Virus record (IMG/VR): IMGVR_UViG_3300029288_000066
Coordinates: 164,887 to 228,886 of that record
Length of the DNA: 64,000 nucleotides
Reading direction: 5' to 3' (one strand)
Source of the DNA: a virus
Taxonomy: Duplodnaviria; Caudoviricetes
Shown here: positions 38,267 through 48,397 of the stretch, in pieces
Layout of the letters: every line of letters starts with the position of its first letter
Position numbering within the stretch: position 1 is the stretch's first letter
Position numbers and translations under genes: made by a program
The notes under the pieces: model-generated
Databases searched by the model: none
What the model was told of the DNA's origin: nothing
The model's input: only the letters and a program-made list of their open reading frames with translations

Positions 38267-39262
38267 TTAATCAGAGCTTACAAGATTTATAAGTGCGTCA
38301 AATGGGTCAACAATTTTACAATTTTCTGGAAGACATGAAAAATGCTTTTGAACAAATTCTTCATCATCACAATATATTGTAACATTATCCACAACATTTT
38401 TTACTGTTTTTTCAATTTCCACTTTTAATGGAGAAAAATCTAACTCATAGTCATTCTTACAATAAATCTCATTTAATGAACTTTTTGGGACTAAATTAAA
38501 TGGTATAAAATCTTTTCTTAATGTTCTTCCCAAACAGCCTTCTTTCGTTAATTCTGTTGGATGTTCAACAACAATAAAAGCGATTGGAGATTGTCCTTGC
38601 TTCGACCTTGAATTTGCTGAGCTTATCCCATCCCAAATTGCTGTTAACATAAGCGCAACATCTTTGTCTGATGCTTTGTTTAACTTTGCCACCTGAGCAG
38701 AAAACCTCCCTTTGATACAAAACAACCCATATTTAAGAAATGAATCTCTTCCCATGCTTCCTTGCCCCTTTTTTATATCTGATGGGAAAATACTTGTTAT
38801 TCCTCTATTTATAATGTTTTTCCCATGAATTACTTCATTAATGCTTTCGTTTTCCGCATCAAATTGTAAAGCCCCAGTTATACTTGCTTTGTAATCTTTT
38901 GATGTTAATGCCGCCCCGAATATTCTGACATCTGAAAATTCTTTTAAAAGAATATCCATAGCCTTTTCTGAAGAAAATTTTTTGTCGATTTCATAGCCCT
39001 TATCTTTACAAAACGCAACAAATCTTGCGGCTGCCCCAGAAAGCTTTTTTCCATCTTGTTCGATGGATTCTCTATCGTAAAAATAGAAAACTTGTTCCCC
39101 AACGCTTTCAAGCTTGTCTCTCCCATATCTTTTGATTCTCAAATCTGAAACGACAGCTCTTTTGGTTGCTTCGTTATATCTCTGTTCCCCTTCGTTATCT
39201 GGGTCTCCATTTGGAGTACAATTCACAGTTTCATAAATTAAATAAATACTTTTGTTTTTCAT
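38267..39262 (-). CDS. cas7: Cas7 (Csh2/Csd2 type)
   Basis: PNGDPD...VSDLRIKR...DVRIFG...SRSK. Confidence 0.9.
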   Translation of the reverse strand: MKNKSIYLIYETVNCTPNGDPDNEGEQRYNEATKRAVVSDLRIKRYGRDKLESVGEQVFYFYDRESIEQDGKKLSGAAARFVAFCKDKGYEIDKKFSSEKAMDILLKEFSDVRIFGAALTSKDYKASITGALQFDAENESINEVIHGKNIINRGITSIFPSDIKKGQGSMGRDSFLKYGLFCIKGRFSAQVAKLNKASDKDVALMLTAIWDGISSANSRSKQGQSPIAFIVVEHPTELTKEGCLGRTLRKDFIPFNLVPKSSLNEIYCKNDYELDFSPLKVEIEKTVKNVVDNVTIYCDDEEFVQKHFSCLPENCKIVDPFDALINLVSSD

Positions 39263-39302
39263 GATTAATTTTATTTTATAACGTTAAATTTATTGCGTGA
39301 TT

Positions 39303-40976
39303 TTAGTCTTTTTCTTCGGATTCAGCATTCTCATCACCCTCATTTTCTTTTGCATTATAAGTATTCTTTTCTGCAAAATAACCCATTATGAATTTGTTTT
39401 TTTCGAAACCTTCATCTTTCATAGATTGTAAAAGCACCAAAAGTTCATTATGTTCTCCTGGCGTTATTCTATTTCTTTGCATCCTCTCGCACAAGTCTAT
39501 ATAATAAAGGAAAACATCTTGTGTTTTATAAACACGTCTGCTAACATTCCCAGTAAACTGTTGAATTGTTTTTTTCAAGTTTTCTCTTCCTTTCTTCCAC
39601 CCAGATTCAAATTTAGCTAGCTCTGCTCCTAATTTATAAGAGTTACTATCCAAAAGGTCTGATACAAAGCTTTTGTTTTCCATAGTTTTCAAAAATTTAT
39701 ATATTTTAAAAATATCATTCCATTTTTTTGCAAATTGCCCCTCGTCAGTTCTGGCAATGTGTTGTGAGTTATCTAAAAGGCAGAATTCTGCTTGGGGTGG
39801 AACTCTATAGTTTCCTTGGTAGATATTCTGCAGAGTTTTTAATATAAGAGAGTTATATCTATCATTTTTTTTATTATAGTCTTGATATATGCCCAAAAGA
39901 ACCGCTATTAAAAAATTCCCTGGTATATTCTTCTCTCCATATATTAATTTATATGATTCATTTAAGTGGTCCCTTATTCCAATAATTTGACTATATCTAA
40001 TCCCAGAAAGTCGGAGCATATTGCTGTCTCCCAACTTTGTTCTATATTTATAATATAAGTCAAATTTTAATTGTAACGGTATCATTTTTTTTAACTGTAA
40101 ATCTCTTTTCGATTTACTTTCAATAAAGTTTTGTATGGTATTACAAAAAAGGTCAAAATTAAATATGTTTTTTCCGCAAGGAGATAAATAATCAATATCT
40201 TCATAAGTGATATTTTCATAATTTGGTAAAATAGAAACAGAGTAATCTCCAAACATAAATCCTTTTTTGTTAAACACGCTCCTTGCATAATAAAGATTCA
40301 GAAAATCGTCTTTGCTAAAATATGGAATAGAGCCTTCTGGCATTGTTTTAACCCCCCTAATTTCGAATTTTCCATAGTTAAACATATTGTAAAATGAACT
40401 CAAGAAAACATATCCTTTTCCCTTTATAAAATTTTTCTGAAGAAACATTGAATCCATTTCGTCCAAAAACCCTACAAATGATTGTAATTTGTCTCTTCTC
40501 CCATTCATGACAACATCAACACTTAATGAAATCTCTTTGACCTTTTTGTTCTCCTTTTCTTTTTCATATAATTCTGCAAACAAGTTGGAGTTTCTTTCCA
40601 ATATCTTTCTATATTTGTAAATCAGTGAATCCGATGTTATTTTATATTGTTTGACATATTTATCTTCAAATAATCGAAACGACACTTGCTCTAAGAAATC
40701 TTCCACCTTAATAACAGTACTCCCGCACAAATAGCTAGCCACAGTGTCTGCACTACTAACAACAAATTTTATTGTTTTTAGCTTGGGAACAATTTCTGAT
40801 GTGTTTATTTGCACTGTTTCATTATCCATATTTACAGTCACATCATAAGATACAATATCCTCTTTTACCTTCTCTTTTTCAGCCAAATTTCTACTAGAAA
40901 TCATTGGATAGAATTCCGATTTGGCTATGTCGCTTTTCCTAATAGCTTTCCCTATGTTTATAAAAGTGTTGTCCAT
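39303..40976 (-). CDS. cas8b: Cas8b-like large subunit
   Basis: Position between cas6 and cas7, size, and helical Cas11-like C-terminus (YKLG...FIMGY). Confidence 0.7.
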   Translation of the reverse strand: MDNTFINIGKAIRKSDIAKSEFYPMISSRNLAEKEKVKEDIVSYDVTVNMDNETVQINTSEIVPKLKTIKFVVSSADTVASYLCGSTVIKVEDFLEQVSFRLFEDKYVKQYKITSDSLIYKYRKILERNSNLFAELYEKEKENKKVKEISLSVDVVMNGRRDKLQSFVGFLDEMDSMFLQKNFIKGKGYVFLSSFYNMFNYGKFEIRGVKTMPEGSIPYFSKDDFLNLYYARSVFNKKGFMFGDYSVSILPNYENITYEDIDYLSPCGKNIFNFDLFCNTIQNFIESKSKRDLQLKKMIPLQLKFDLYYKYRTKLGDSNMLRLSGIRYSQIIGIRDHLNESYKLIYGEKNIPGNFLIAVLLGIYQDYNKKNDRYNSLILKTLQNIYQGNYRVPPQAEFCLLDNSQHIARTDEGQFAKKWNDIFKIYKFLKTMENKSFVSDLLDSNSYKLGAELAKFESGWKKGRENLKKTIQQFTGNVSRRVYKTQDVFLYYIDLCERMQRNRITPGEHNELLVLLQSMKDEGFEKNKFIMGYFAEKNTYNAKENEGDENAESEEKD

Positions 40977-40985
40977 TTACAAAAT

Positions 40986-41684
40986 CTAAAGATTAAAAAT
41001 GAATCCAAATCCACACCCAGTTGACTTCCCAACACCAAGCCCATAAAAAAGAGATTTAACGTCTGCCGTTCCTGTTATTTTAATTTTTCCAGAAGTTGTA
41101 ATGTTAAGACTCCCCTTATATGGGATTGCCCTTTCTTTTATTGGACTATTCAAATCGAATTCAATGTTAAAATCACTTTCAGAAAAATTATATCCCAACT
41201 TCTGCGTTTTCCATAAAAAGATTCTTTTTAAATACTTAGATGCCATCTCATTGCCGTGTTTATATGTTACATGTTCTCTCTTAAGAGAGTCTGCGTTCTG
41301 GCCAAGATATATTGGAGAAGTTCCTGTGGTAATTGTTCCTGGAATATCACCAAATTGTTTGATTGAGTATTCCACATCTTTAAGGATTAGCCCTTTTGAA
41401 AATTCTTTGGTAACAGCGTTTTTTCCCTTCAAATAAAAGTCTTTAAAAACATCAATGACTGGCGTTCTAATCAAAAGAATTGCGCCAGTTTCACATGACA
41501 ATTCACTTTTAGATGTTAATTTACCCCCAAGCAGTGGACTTACGGAATATAAACTAACAGCATCATGATAGTTGTTGTCTTTCCCCAATACATGATTATG
41601 AAGGAAAGAGCTTATGTGGCTGATTTCACTTGGAACTGGCTGTTTGCTTCCATAAAAATAAAACTTTGTCGTATATATTTTCAT
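40986..41684 (-). CDS. cas6: Cas6 endoribonuclease
   Basis: C-terminal GVGKSTGCGFG loop. Confidence 0.9.
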   Translation of the reverse strand: MKIYTTKFYFYGSKQPVPSEISHISSFLHNHVLGKDNNYHDAVSLYSVSPLLGGKLTSKSELSCETGAILLIRTPVIDVFKDFYLKGKNAVTKEFSKGLILKDVEYSIKQFGDIPGTITTGTSPIYLGQNADSLKREHVTYKHGNEMASKYLKRIFLWKTQKLGYNFSESDFNIEFDLNSPIKERAIPYKGSLNITTSGKIKITGTADVKSLFYGLGVGKSTGCGFGFIFNL

Positions 41685-41812
41685 CTCCTTTTTAATTTAA
41701 ACAATTCTTCTTTTCAAGTCTGTTATACGGAACATTTCTGAATAAGTTTCAAATTCTATTAATTTTTTGATATTTTCTTTTCATTTTTCTATATTTATTC
41801 AAAACAAAATCC

Positions 41813-41953
41813 ATGGCAAGAGAAAAAAAGAAAACAAAAGCTCTAAGCATTTCAATTCCCGCAAAAGTATTTCAAGAATTAGAAGAAAAAAAGTATAATA
41901 AAAACAAGCTGATAATCAGTTTGCTAGAAAAATATTTGCAAAAAAGTGAATAA
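41813..41953 (+). CDS. small ribbon-helix-helix-like protein (46 aa)
   Basis: KALSISIPAKVFQELEE; read from the sequence. Confidence 0.6.
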   Translation: MAREKKKTKALSISIPAKVFQELEEKKYNKNKLIISLLEKYLQKSE

Positions 41954-42091
41954 ATTATCAGTTATTTAACCGATTTTATTTTTTCTACCTATTTATAAGA
42001 AACAATTAGAGTTTTCCCTCTTTTTTAAGAGATTTGCTTTATATAATGATTGGCAAAGATTAAAGAGAGAATAAACCAAATTATAAAAACC

Positions 42092-42247
42092 ATGGGACGA
42101 AAAAAGATATTACCAGAAGATAAGACAAAAACTGTCAAAATCTACATTCCAGAAGAACTATACGAAAAACTGGAAGAAAAAAACATTAAAAATAAATCCA
42201 AATTGTTTACCTGGCTCCTCGAACAGCATCTTGGACTTACAAAATAA
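42092..42247 (+). CDS. small ribbon-helix-helix-like protein
   Basis: KTVKIYIPEELYEKLEE...NKSKLF. Confidence 0.6.
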   Translation: MGRKKILPEDKTKTVKIYIPEELYEKLEEKNIKNKSKLFTWLLEQHLGLTK

Positions 42248-42254
42248 AGCATAA

Positions 42255-43448
42255 ATGATAAGGTCATATAAATACAAGTTGTATAATAATAGTCGCAGAA
42301 ATGAGGTGTTGGTTCAGGATATAGAATTATATTCTGAAGTATACAACCACTGTGTTGCTTTATATAACAGGTATTATAAGCTATATAAAAAAACGATAAG
42401 AAAATATGACCTACAGAAGCATCTCACGAAGATTAAGGGACGTTATAAGGACGAATGGAAGCAATTGGGTTCTCAGGCCATCCAAGACATCACAGACCGC
42501 CTGGATAAAGCATATAAGCTGTTCTTCTCGAATTTAAAGAGGAAGGTAAGATGTTCTCCTCCATCATTTAAAGGACGACATCATTATAAATCATTCACCT
42601 TAAAACAAGCGGGTTATAAGTTTGACCAGAAAGAGAATGAAATTATCATAAACAAAAAGAAATACAAATATTTTAACAGCAGAGATTTCGAAGGGAATAT
42701 AAAAACCTTAACTGTAAAAAGGAATCATAAGGGAGAGATTTATATCATTTTTTCTGTGGAGCAGGAAATGAAACTGAAAGTTGGATTCGAGACGGGTAAA
42801 ATCGCTGGATTCGATTTTGGTTTGGGAACATTTCTTGTGGATTCAGAAGGAAAAGAATTTATTTCTCCTCAATATTTAAATAACTCATTCGAGAAACTGA
42901 AAACACTGAGCAGGAGCTTGTCCAAAAAAAAGAAAGGGAGCAACAATCGCAAAAAGGCGAAGATGCAACTTGTTTCTTTGCACGAGAAGATTGTCAACCA
43001 GAGAAGCGATTGGCAATGGAAGCTTGCATTGGAGCTTGTGCGTTCTTATGATGTGATTTGTTTGGAGAGTTTATCTTTTCTGCAAATGCAGAAGAACAAA
43101 TCTCTGGAATATAAATCTCAGAAGCGAGCTCGTGCAAGAAAAGTTCTTGACCTGGCTCCTGGTTCTTTATTTGAGAAAGTTAAATATAAAGCAGCGGAAT
43201 ATAACAAAAAAGTTGTGTTTGTAAACAAATGGTTTCCATCCACCCAAATATGCAGCGAATGCATGCATGTGGTTGGAAAGCTGGATGAAAAAATTCGTGA
43301 ATGGGCTTGCCCCATCTGCGGAACCAAGCACAATCGAGACCATAACGCTGCAAAAAACATTTTAAGAGAAGGGATATCTTCTCTTGGTATAGGCGACGTC
43401 AGACTTGAGGATAACAGCAATGTTGTTTTTGAGCAGTTGCCGTTCTAA
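42255..43448 (+). CDS. tnpB: IS200/IS605-family RNA-guided nuclease TnpB
   Basis: GFDFG, ICLESL, CSEC/CPIC, RDHNAAKNI; RuvC D-E-D intact. Confidence 0.92.
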   Translation: MIRSYKYKLYNNSRRNEVLVQDIELYSEVYNHCVALYNRYYKLYKKTIRKYDLQKHLTKIKGRYKDEWKQLGSQAIQDITDRLDKAYKLFFSNLKRKVRCSPPSFKGRHHYKSFTLKQAGYKFDQKENEIIINKKKYKYFNSRDFEGNIKTLTVKRNHKGEIYIIFSVEQEMKLKVGFETGKIAGFDFGLGTFLVDSEGKEFISPQYLNNSFEKLKTLSRSLSKKKKGSNNRKKAKMQLVSLHEKIVNQRSDWQWKLALELVRSYDVICLESLSFLQMQKNKSLEYKSQKRARARKVLDLAPGSLFEKVKYKAAEYNKKVVFVNKWFPSTQICSECMHVVGKLDEKIREWACPICGTKHNRDHNAAKNILREGISSLGIGDVRLEDNSNVVFEQLPF

Positions 43449-43454
43449 AACCAG

Positions 43455-43488
43455 AATCTCCGAGGCTTCAGCTCGGAGAGTATGTCAA
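43455..43488 (+). mobile_element. IS200/IS605 right end / omegaRNA 3' hairpin
   Basis: TCTCCGAG-loop-CTCGGAGA followed by TCAA. Confidence 0.7.
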
Positions 43489-43561
43489 TTTCTACTCACT
43501 TGTACTACAAAGTTACAAAAAAGTTGCTTTTCATTTTTTCTGTAACTCGTTGATTGTCACG

Positions 43562-44146
43562 TTAGAATTTTTCAATATTTTTAAACCCGTACTCAATAGA
43601 AACGATTGCTTTACATAAATCGTTTGATTTATTGCATCCACATTGGAATGCATCTACACTTATAACTTTAATATCTTCTAGTGTTATTTTCCTATTGAAC
43701 CCATCTTTCGAATATATGCTTATTTCCACATTTTCTTCATCAGTGTTTTCTCCAGCATAATATAAATGTTTCTTTTTCATAATTTCATCAAACACATCCA
43801 ATTCTCCTTCTCCTCCCAGAATAACTTCTAGCTCAACCAAGCTTTTCCCCACAAAAGAATATCCCTGAATTAACATTGATGGAACATTCTTCATGTTTAC
43901 CGAGAAATTCGCCTCATGATAAACGTACACATCGGCTATTTTTTTATCTTCTTCTGAAACCTCTTTAATCCACGGCATCTTTTCTCCGTAATTTGATATT
44001 CTTTCACATGTTCTACGTATTTCCTCCATATATCTTTCTTCATCAAACCACTTTAATTTCTTTTCGCTCATTTTAAATTCGTGATGTGTTTTCTTCGAAA
44101 GTTTTCTCAATAAAAACTTTAAAAATCTTACCAGTAATTTTTTCAT
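43562..44146 (-). CDS. hypothetical protein
   Basis: 194-aa ORF. Confidence 0.6.
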   Translation of the reverse strand: MKKLLVRFLKFLLRKLSKKTHHEFKMSEKKLKWFDEERYMEEIRRTCERISNYGEKMPWIKEVSEEDKKIADVYVYHEANFSVNMKNVPSMLIQGYSFVGKSLVELEVILGGEGELDVFDEIMKKKHLYYAGENTDEENVEISIYSKDGFNRKITLEDIKVISVDAFQCGCNKSNDLCKAIVSIEYGFKNIEKF

Positions 44147-44193
44147 AACTTTATTTGTTTTTAGTTTCTTTTAAATATTTATAATAAAAAATT

Positions 44194-44547
44194 ATGAAAA
44201 TACAATTATTTAAAGACATTCTTAAAACCAAAGTAGAAGGAAGTATGAAATACTCCCAGGGAAGAATTTATCTTTTTGTTTTTATAGTGGCATATCTTGC
44301 AGTTTTGTTGTACTATATGTTTTTTCCAACCGCTGCATCAATGACCACAATTATAGATTCAGTACAATGGGCTATTTTATTATTTGCTGCATATGTTTTC
44401 GGAACAAATGGCGTTTCAGCTACAAAAGATATATTTAAGATAACAAATGGTAAAGATGCTGTTGCTGCAGTTACAAACGTTGCAAACAATGTAACTCCTA
44501 CGGATACAAATACGGCACCAGCTGACGTTGCTAATCCACCAAAATAA
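44194..44547 (+). CDS. two-TM membrane protein (holin-like)
   Basis: KYSQGR followed by two hydrophobic helices. Confidence 0.5.
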   Translation: MKIQLFKDILKTKVEGSMKYSQGRIYLFVFIVAYLAVLLYYMFFPTAASMTTIIDSVQWAILLFAAYVFGTNGVSATKDIFKITNGKDAVAAVTNVANNVTPTDTNTAPADVANPPK

Positions 44548-44553
44548 CTTATA

Positions 44554-44961
44554 TCAGCTTAGCTTGTGCCAAAATCTGGCTGGAAGGTGAATGTTTAACA
44601 CATTCTCGACTCCCTTGAATAAGGGAGCTATATCTTTGGGTTTATAGTTTGATAATCCACAACCAATTTCTGTAACAAGAAATATAAGTTGTGGATTTTC
44701 TTTTGCAAATTTTATAAAGTCATCAACATAGGGCTTTATCTCATTTGTTGAGAGAACTCTTTTAACTGAGGCATCTTTCGTGGGAATTCCATAAGTCCTT
44801 CCTTGTAGCCCAGCGGGCTGTCCATATTTTGCACCCCAGCCCATTGCTGTTTTGGCGGCACCAGCAGAATGTCTTCCTCCTTCATTCGACCCGAAAACGA
44901 ATATTTGGTTGGATTTTAATGTGGTTATATGTTCAGGCGTTGTTCTATTTAAATTATTCAT
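44554..44961 (-). CDS. macro-like (A1S_2505-family) phage protein
   Basis: IFVFGSNEGGRHSAGAA...YGIPT...VTEIGCGL. Confidence 0.75.
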   Translation of the reverse strand: MNNLNRTTPEHITTLKSNQIFVFGSNEGGRHSAGAAKTAMGWGAKYGQPAGLQGRTYGIPTKDASVKRVLSTNEIKPYVDDFIKFAKENPQLIFLVTEIGCGLSNYKPKDIAPLFKGVENVLNIHLPARFWHKLS

Positions 44962-45755
44962 AATATTTTTAATTCTTTTAGTTTATTTTTATCGTATACT
45001 TCAATTACTATATTTGAATATTGCTCATTAAAAGCTTTAAATTTAATATATGCATCATCCCGCCACCATCCTTTAATCTCTATATATTTATTAGTTTTTA
45101 TAAAATAAAAGTCTGGCGTATAAGTCCCATCTTTATTATCATAAATAATTGGAAATGTCTTAGGTTCATATAACCAATCAATATTGTTTTTATCCAAATA
45201 GTGTGCAAATTTTACCTCCCAAGAACTTCTCATCCAAACCTTAGACCCATCTATACAATAGTACCAATCGCCCCTTCCATGATATTGTTTGCCATATAGA
45301 TTACATTCTTTCCCATGTTTAGCATTCTTCTTTGCTGCAATTTTCATTTTTTCTAATGATTTCTCTGTGTGTTTTCTGCCATAAAAAGGATTTCCGATTC
45401 CAGCGTTTTTTACTCTTAATTTCTCTTTAGTGCCCTCAAGACATGGAACCCCTATATGCGCATTGCTAATTGCTCTTTTAACATGTTCTGGTCTGTGAGT
45501 ATTTAAAAGTGGATGGTCGTGTTTTGTATGCCACTCTTTCATATTCCCACTTCTCTGTTCAATATTAATATTTGCGTTTATTTTGTTTGAGCAATTTAAG
45601 CATAGATTATTCTCTTTGGCTAATCGGTACTTCTTTTCTACTTCAATTCCACATTCTTTACATTTCCAAATAACTTTCTTTTCACTACTTGGCTTTAGTT
45701 CATTTGAATAATATCCAAATTGTCTTTTTGTTTTTTCCTCTAAGATAATTCCCAT
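44958..45755 (-). CDS. NUMOD3 plus PD-(D/E)xK endonuclease
   Basis: NPFYGRKHTEKS; RSSWE...YTPDFY...IEIKG. Confidence 0.8.
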   Translation of the reverse strand: MGIILEEKTKRQFGYYSNELKPSSEKKVIWKCKECGIEVEKKYRLAKENNLCLNCSNKINANINIEQRSGNMKEWHTKHDHPLLNTHRPEHVKRAISNAHIGVPCLEGTKEKLRVKNAGIGNPFYGRKHTEKSLEKMKIAAKKNAKHGKECNLYGKQYHGRGDWYYCIDGSKVWMRSSWEVKFAHYLDKNNIDWLYEPKTFPIIYDNKDGTYTPDFYFIKTNKYIEIKGWWRDDAYIKFKAFNEQYSNIVIEVYDKNKLKELKIL

Positions 45756-45863
45756 AATTTATCACTATTTTTATATAAATAGTGATAAAAATGTTTATTT
45801 GAATACTGCCAAATAAATTATATCCAAAAACAAAGAAATTACAGTATTTTTAAAATTACTCTA

Positions 45864-46661
45864 TTATTCATCGGTGCCTTTTCTAAATTTTATTTCATAA
45901 AACTCACCTATATCCAACAAGTGAAAGTTTGTCACATCATGCATTTGGGTATTTGTATGGTGATAGTGACCGTAAACCCAAAAGAGTATTAAGTTTACCT
46001 CATTCAGTTTGTCGTAAATTTTTCCAACCAATTCTCGTTCTGCAATCAACTCATTTTTTAATTCTAGGTCATACTCAGCCCACTTCAAAGCGGTGCCACC
46101 CAAAATTGGTGGATGAACAAAGTTTGGGCAAATATGTGTTATTACCACATCAATTCCTGCCAATTTTGCTAGTTTAGCCTTATTATAAACGACTTTCTCT
46201 GCTTCAGGCCACCAATCTATCCCTTCTTTCCTTCCAGGACAATCCTTACCCCTATAATCCTTAAAATTGGGATTGGGTTTTCTATCAACACTAGTCGCTC
46301 CACCAATTCCTAAAATTGCATGTTCACCAACCTCAACCACGTCATAATCTTGCATAAATATTAAGTTGGTAAAATTATGGTTACCATCAAAGAAAAGTGG
46401 GCTGTCATGGTTCCCCCTGACAACGTAAAGAAACAAGTTGCGTTTTTTAAGGAATAAATTTAATTCTAATAATCTCTTGCGTTCTTTTTTTGGTTCTCTG
46501 GGGTCATTGTATCCAAAACCAACTCCAAAGTCTCCTGCTTGAAATATAATAACATTTTCGAGGTTATAATATTTGATTTTATCTCTTATTAAACCCCATT
46601 CTTCATGAACGTCTCCCAAGACGCCAATAGGTAAGTCTTTGTGCTTTGCTATTACATTCAT
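45864..46661 (-). CDS. calcineurin-like metallophosphoesterase
   Basis: GDVH, GDFG, GNHD, GHYH. Confidence 0.88.
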   Translation of the reverse strand: MNVIAKHKDLPIGVLGDVHEEWGLIRDKIKYYNLENVIIFQAGDFGVGFGYNDPREPKKERKRLLELNLFLKKRNLFLYVVRGNHDSPLFFDGNHNFTNLIFMQDYDVVEVGEHAILGIGGATSVDRKPNPNFKDYRGKDCPGRKEGIDWWPEAEKVVYNKAKLAKLAGIDVVITHICPNFVHPPILGGTALKWAEYDLELKNELIAERELVGKIYDKLNEVNLILFWVYGHYHHTNTQMHDVTNFHLLDIGEFYEIKFRKGTDE

Positions 46662-46677
46662 AATACGTTATACGAAA

Positions 46678-47025
46678 TTATAAAATTTTTGTTATATCCA
46701 AAGTTGACCTTTCTTTTAAATAGCCTATAATTTCTTCTATTTCTTGGCAGGTTGATTTAAATTTATACACATCTTTCATAGATAACAAGAACCATTCTCC
46801 AGATAGGTTTTCAAAATCTTCTGGAATATATTTTTTTGGCTTCAACTGTCTATGCAATATTGTTTCTATTTTTTGATAAATTTCACTTTCATACCTTTCA
46901 ATACATATAAGCTTTTTGGCACTACCAGTTTGTAGCGACTTCATTCTTTTTTCAACTGTCTTACTTGTAACTCCAATTTTATACAAATCTGTTCTTTCTA
47001 TATTTATCAAATACACGTATCCCAT
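46678..47025 (-). CDS. GIY-YIG (T5orf172/MUG113) protein
   Basis: YVYLI...YKIG...R...LQTG...GEWF. Confidence 0.85.
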   Translation of the reverse strand: MGYVYLINIERTDLYKIGVTSKTVEKRMKSLQTGSAKKLICIERYESEIYQKIETILHRQLKPKKYIPEDFENLSGEWFLLSMKDVYKFKSTCQEIEEIIGYLKERSTLDITKIL

Positions 47026-47093
47026 GTAAAAAATATAGTTATATCGTATTAAAAAATCAAATTTTTATCTATTTATATAAAAATCATAAAGCT

Positions 47094-47468
47094 ATGGATT
47101 TAAAGAACTATATAAACGAAGAGGTTAAAAAACTACACACCAGAGTAATGTTAGAGGCTGAACTAGAAGAAGTCAACAAACAACTGTCTGCTCTAAACGA
47201 GGAAGAAAGTGCTGAAGGAAAAACATATGAAAGCAATGTGTACGAATCTTATAAAAAAGACTTAGAAGAAGTAGTAAAAAATTTGGCAGAAGCTTGTAAC
47301 AAGTTAGAGACAGCCACTTTAAGACAAGAATCACACATAAAAACTCTTCCACAAGTTGAAGGTAGGGTAAATGAGGGTGCTAGACAAAAACAAGTTATTT
47401 TAGATATTTTCAAAGAAGTTAAAAAAGCAAAACTTGCAGCCGAGCGTAAATTGTATGAAATGAGATAA
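47094..47468 (+). CDS. hypothetical coiled-coil protein with LKNYINEEVKKLH motif
   Basis: CTATTTATA upstream. Confidence 0.65.
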   Translation: MDLKNYINEEVKKLHTRVMLEAELEEVNKQLSALNEEESAEGKTYESNVYESYKKDLEEVVKNLAEACNKLETATLRQESHIKTLPQVEGRVNEGARQKQVILDIFKEVKKAKLAAERKLYEMR

Positions 47469-47511
47469 TGACGATGCGTTATCTTAAATAAAAGGGGCTT
47501 ATGCCCCTTTT

Positions 47512-47787
47512 TTATTTTTTTGATTGTAGCTCCATCCAATCTACGATTTCATCAACAACTTTTTGGTTTCTATCAAGTAGTGATTTTGCTTGTTTGTAAT
47601 CATCTTCTGATACAAGTTTTGGATTTAAACACTCTACTTTAGTTTCTTCTCTTGTTGGTATTACATAGTTTATTACATCCTCATCTTTGGGAATAATTTC
47701 TGTTTTAATTTTATGCAAATACTGAGCAACATCTTGTTTGCTCATATTTCCAACACTGATGTAGTGTACTAAAATAATTTTTTCCAT
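47512..47787 (-). CDS. hypothetical protein
   Basis: MEKIILVHY... ORF. Confidence 0.6.
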   Translation of the reverse strand: MEKIILVHYISVGNMSKQDVAQYLHKIKTEIIPKDEDVINYVIPTREETKVECLNPKLVSEDDYKQAKSLLDRNQKVVDEIVDWMELQSKK

Positions 47788-47806
47788 AGTTTTATTTTTA
47801 AATTGT

Positions 47807-48397
47807 TTATAAATCCTCATCATCAATTTGCAAACTAACCCACTCCCAGAACGCTTCATCATCTAACTCTTTCCTTTTTTGAACATATGCGTCGGTGCCT
47901 GGCTTGTTGGGCTTTAAATCAAATTTTGTGGGAATCTTTGGATTTCCCCAAATCATGTGTCCAGTCGTTTCTTTATAAGAAAGAGTACAATAACCAGCTT
48001 CAATCAATTCATCTGCGGTCCTTCCATAAAATCCTTGCAAATTCCACGCATGTCCTTCATCAATTAAATATTGAAACAGCTTTATACAATCTTCTTGACT
48101 TAAATCTCCCATTTCCCATTGGAAGCAGTAATCAAACCAGTTGTCTTTATCTATTTCAATGTCTACAACAAATGGATATAATTCATCATCCACTCGAATG
48201 TCTACAAATCCCTGGTCTATTCTATCTGCAGGAGTATAAAGATTTATTGTTTCATAATCAATCTTTTCTTTTTCAAGAAAACACTTAATCTGATACGCTA
48301 TTTTGTTTATGGATATATCATCGATAAGCTCCATTACAAAAGCATTAAGAATCTCTGCGATTTTTTTGTTTACTTTGATTTTTTGTCCTGTGTCCAT
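47807..48397 (-). CDS. hypothetical phage protein
   Basis: Contains LFQYLIDEGHAWNLQGFYGRTA. Confidence 0.65.
   Translation of the reverse strand: MDTGQKIKVNKKIAEILNAFVMELIDDISINKIAYQIKCFLEKEKIDYETINLYTPADRIDQGFVDIRVDDELYPFVVDIEIDKDNWFDYCFQWEMGDLSQEDCIKLFQYLIDEGHAWNLQGFYGRTADELIEAGYCTLSYKETTGHMIWGNPKIPTKFDLKPNKPGTDAYVQKRKELDDEAFWEWVSLQIDDEDL

Noticed and set aside
42255-43448. Cas12f-like effector for the nearby array
   Set aside because: Typical TnpB with an IS right end and a second copy elsewhere; the array already has a complete type I module.
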